Origin: a virus
Lineage: Duplodnaviria; Caudoviricetes
DNA length: 56,792 bases
Strand: one strand, 5' to 3'
IMG/VR virus record: IMGVR_UViG_3300049043_000103
Location: 1 to 56,792 of that record
The translations under genes and the position numbers were made by a program. Below the pieces are notes generated by a model. It was not told the origin of the DNA. It worked only from the letters and a program-made list of their open reading frames with translations, and did not search any database. Below, piece after piece: positions 55,985 to 56,792 of the stretch; position 1 is the first letter of the stretch; each line of letters starts with the position of its first letter.

Positions 55985-56514
55985 GGCTCAGCGCGGTGAG
56001 CGGGATGCTTCGGTTGTAGTTACCGCCAGCCAAGATCCAGTGAGAGTTAATCAGCAAAGCGTTAGCAACCTCTGCCCCATCCCACGAAGCCTGTACAAAA
56101 CAGAATCCGCCGTTGGTATCGAGTGCGTCCGCCATCACTTCAACGATTACTACCGCTGCGCTGGTGTCCGAAGCGATATCAGTCCCGCCAACGCTCACAA
56201 AGTCCAAGGACGGATGCCGGGCTTGCGCCCAAGTCAACGTATGTCCAAGTATTCTGCGAGGTCATCGTGCCGACCTTGTACCAAATCCGCTGAATCACGG
56301 TTGCAGCCTTTGAACTGCCGCCCGAGTTTGAAGTGGCTTGGTTGATAGTCAGCTTGAGATCGTCGCCTGCGGTTCCTGCTGGCTTAGTCAAAACCACGTA
56401 TCCGCGTTCGTAATTACGGAGCGAAATCCAGTCACCGTTGATTGTGCTATTGGCGTCCGTATTGATTTGGTCAGGAATGAAGTCCAGTCCCAACCCAAAA
56501 AAAGTTGCGTTCAT
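55985..56514 (-). CDS. Capsid decoration/auxiliary protein
   Basis: Directly after the capsid stop; NGDWISLRNY, IVEVMADALD..GGF.FV. Confidence 0.65.
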
Positions 56515-56531
56515 TAGTTCCCTTTCATGGA

Positions 56532-56792
56532 TTAAGAGCGAACGTCGAGAGTGACAAAGGCCGATTGAGTCGAGCTGCCCTTGTACGGAGTCAGCGGCGT
56601 ATCTTCCCACGGGCGAGCATCGCATCGCATCGTGAACTTGATAGCCATCTGGTTGGTCAGAAAAATGCAACGTGCATCGAGGCTTGTTGACTGATACCGC
56701 CCTTCGAGATGCTGAGTACCTTTGACAGGTCAGCAAGAACGATATCGCCTTGAGTTCCGAGCAATACGTAACTGAACGAAGAGCATCCGCAT
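56532..56792 (-). CDS. Major capsid protein, C-terminal part
   Basis: Frameshifted; ends TPYKGSSTQSAFVTLDVRS*, typical of this HK97 capsid subtype. Confidence 0.8.

Noticed and set aside
574-56792. Widespread frameshifts as pseudogenisation or recoding
   Set aside because: Indels hit essential genes uniformly, often at homopolymers, while catalytic motifs are intact; sequencing error is more likely. No sign of stop-codon reassignment.

Overview
The window looks like a nearly complete, circularly permuted genome (~57 kb) of a temperate HK97-fold siphovirus. The major capsid gene is split between the two ends. Frameshifts hit almost every gene, which suggests an unpolished long read, so many coordinates are reconstructed by eye across indels. 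The minus strand carries a long late arm: NinG, a protease/thioredoxin/membrane cassette, nucleotide enzymes, a fibre-like gene, terminase, a giant portal fusion, MuF, prohead protease and capsid. It then wraps round to head-tail and tail genes, with a programmed -1 frameshift in the tail chaperone. The plus strand carries an SF2 helicase, two DNA methyltransferases, an HNH nuclease, a tyrosine integrase next to a tRNA-Leu(UAG) attP, CsrA, ERF, SSB and YqaJ. A Planctomycetota host is an inference from gene content only. Best candidate for a novel system: an intein in the MuF head protein with no in-frame endonuclease, but with a complete HTH + DUF559/Vsr-like endonuclease gene nested codon-for-codon on its antisense strand, preceded by its own promoter inside the intein. 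Other highlights are (i) a portal-fused polyvalent effector array punctuated by K|S-CGANAxGGGGFQPGN repeats, (ii) a type II hammerhead ribozyme, (iii) a cluster of tRNA-like RNAs, (iv) 12 co-oriented ATAGGATAT sites that may be targets of the phage CsrA, and (v) no recognisable endolysin.
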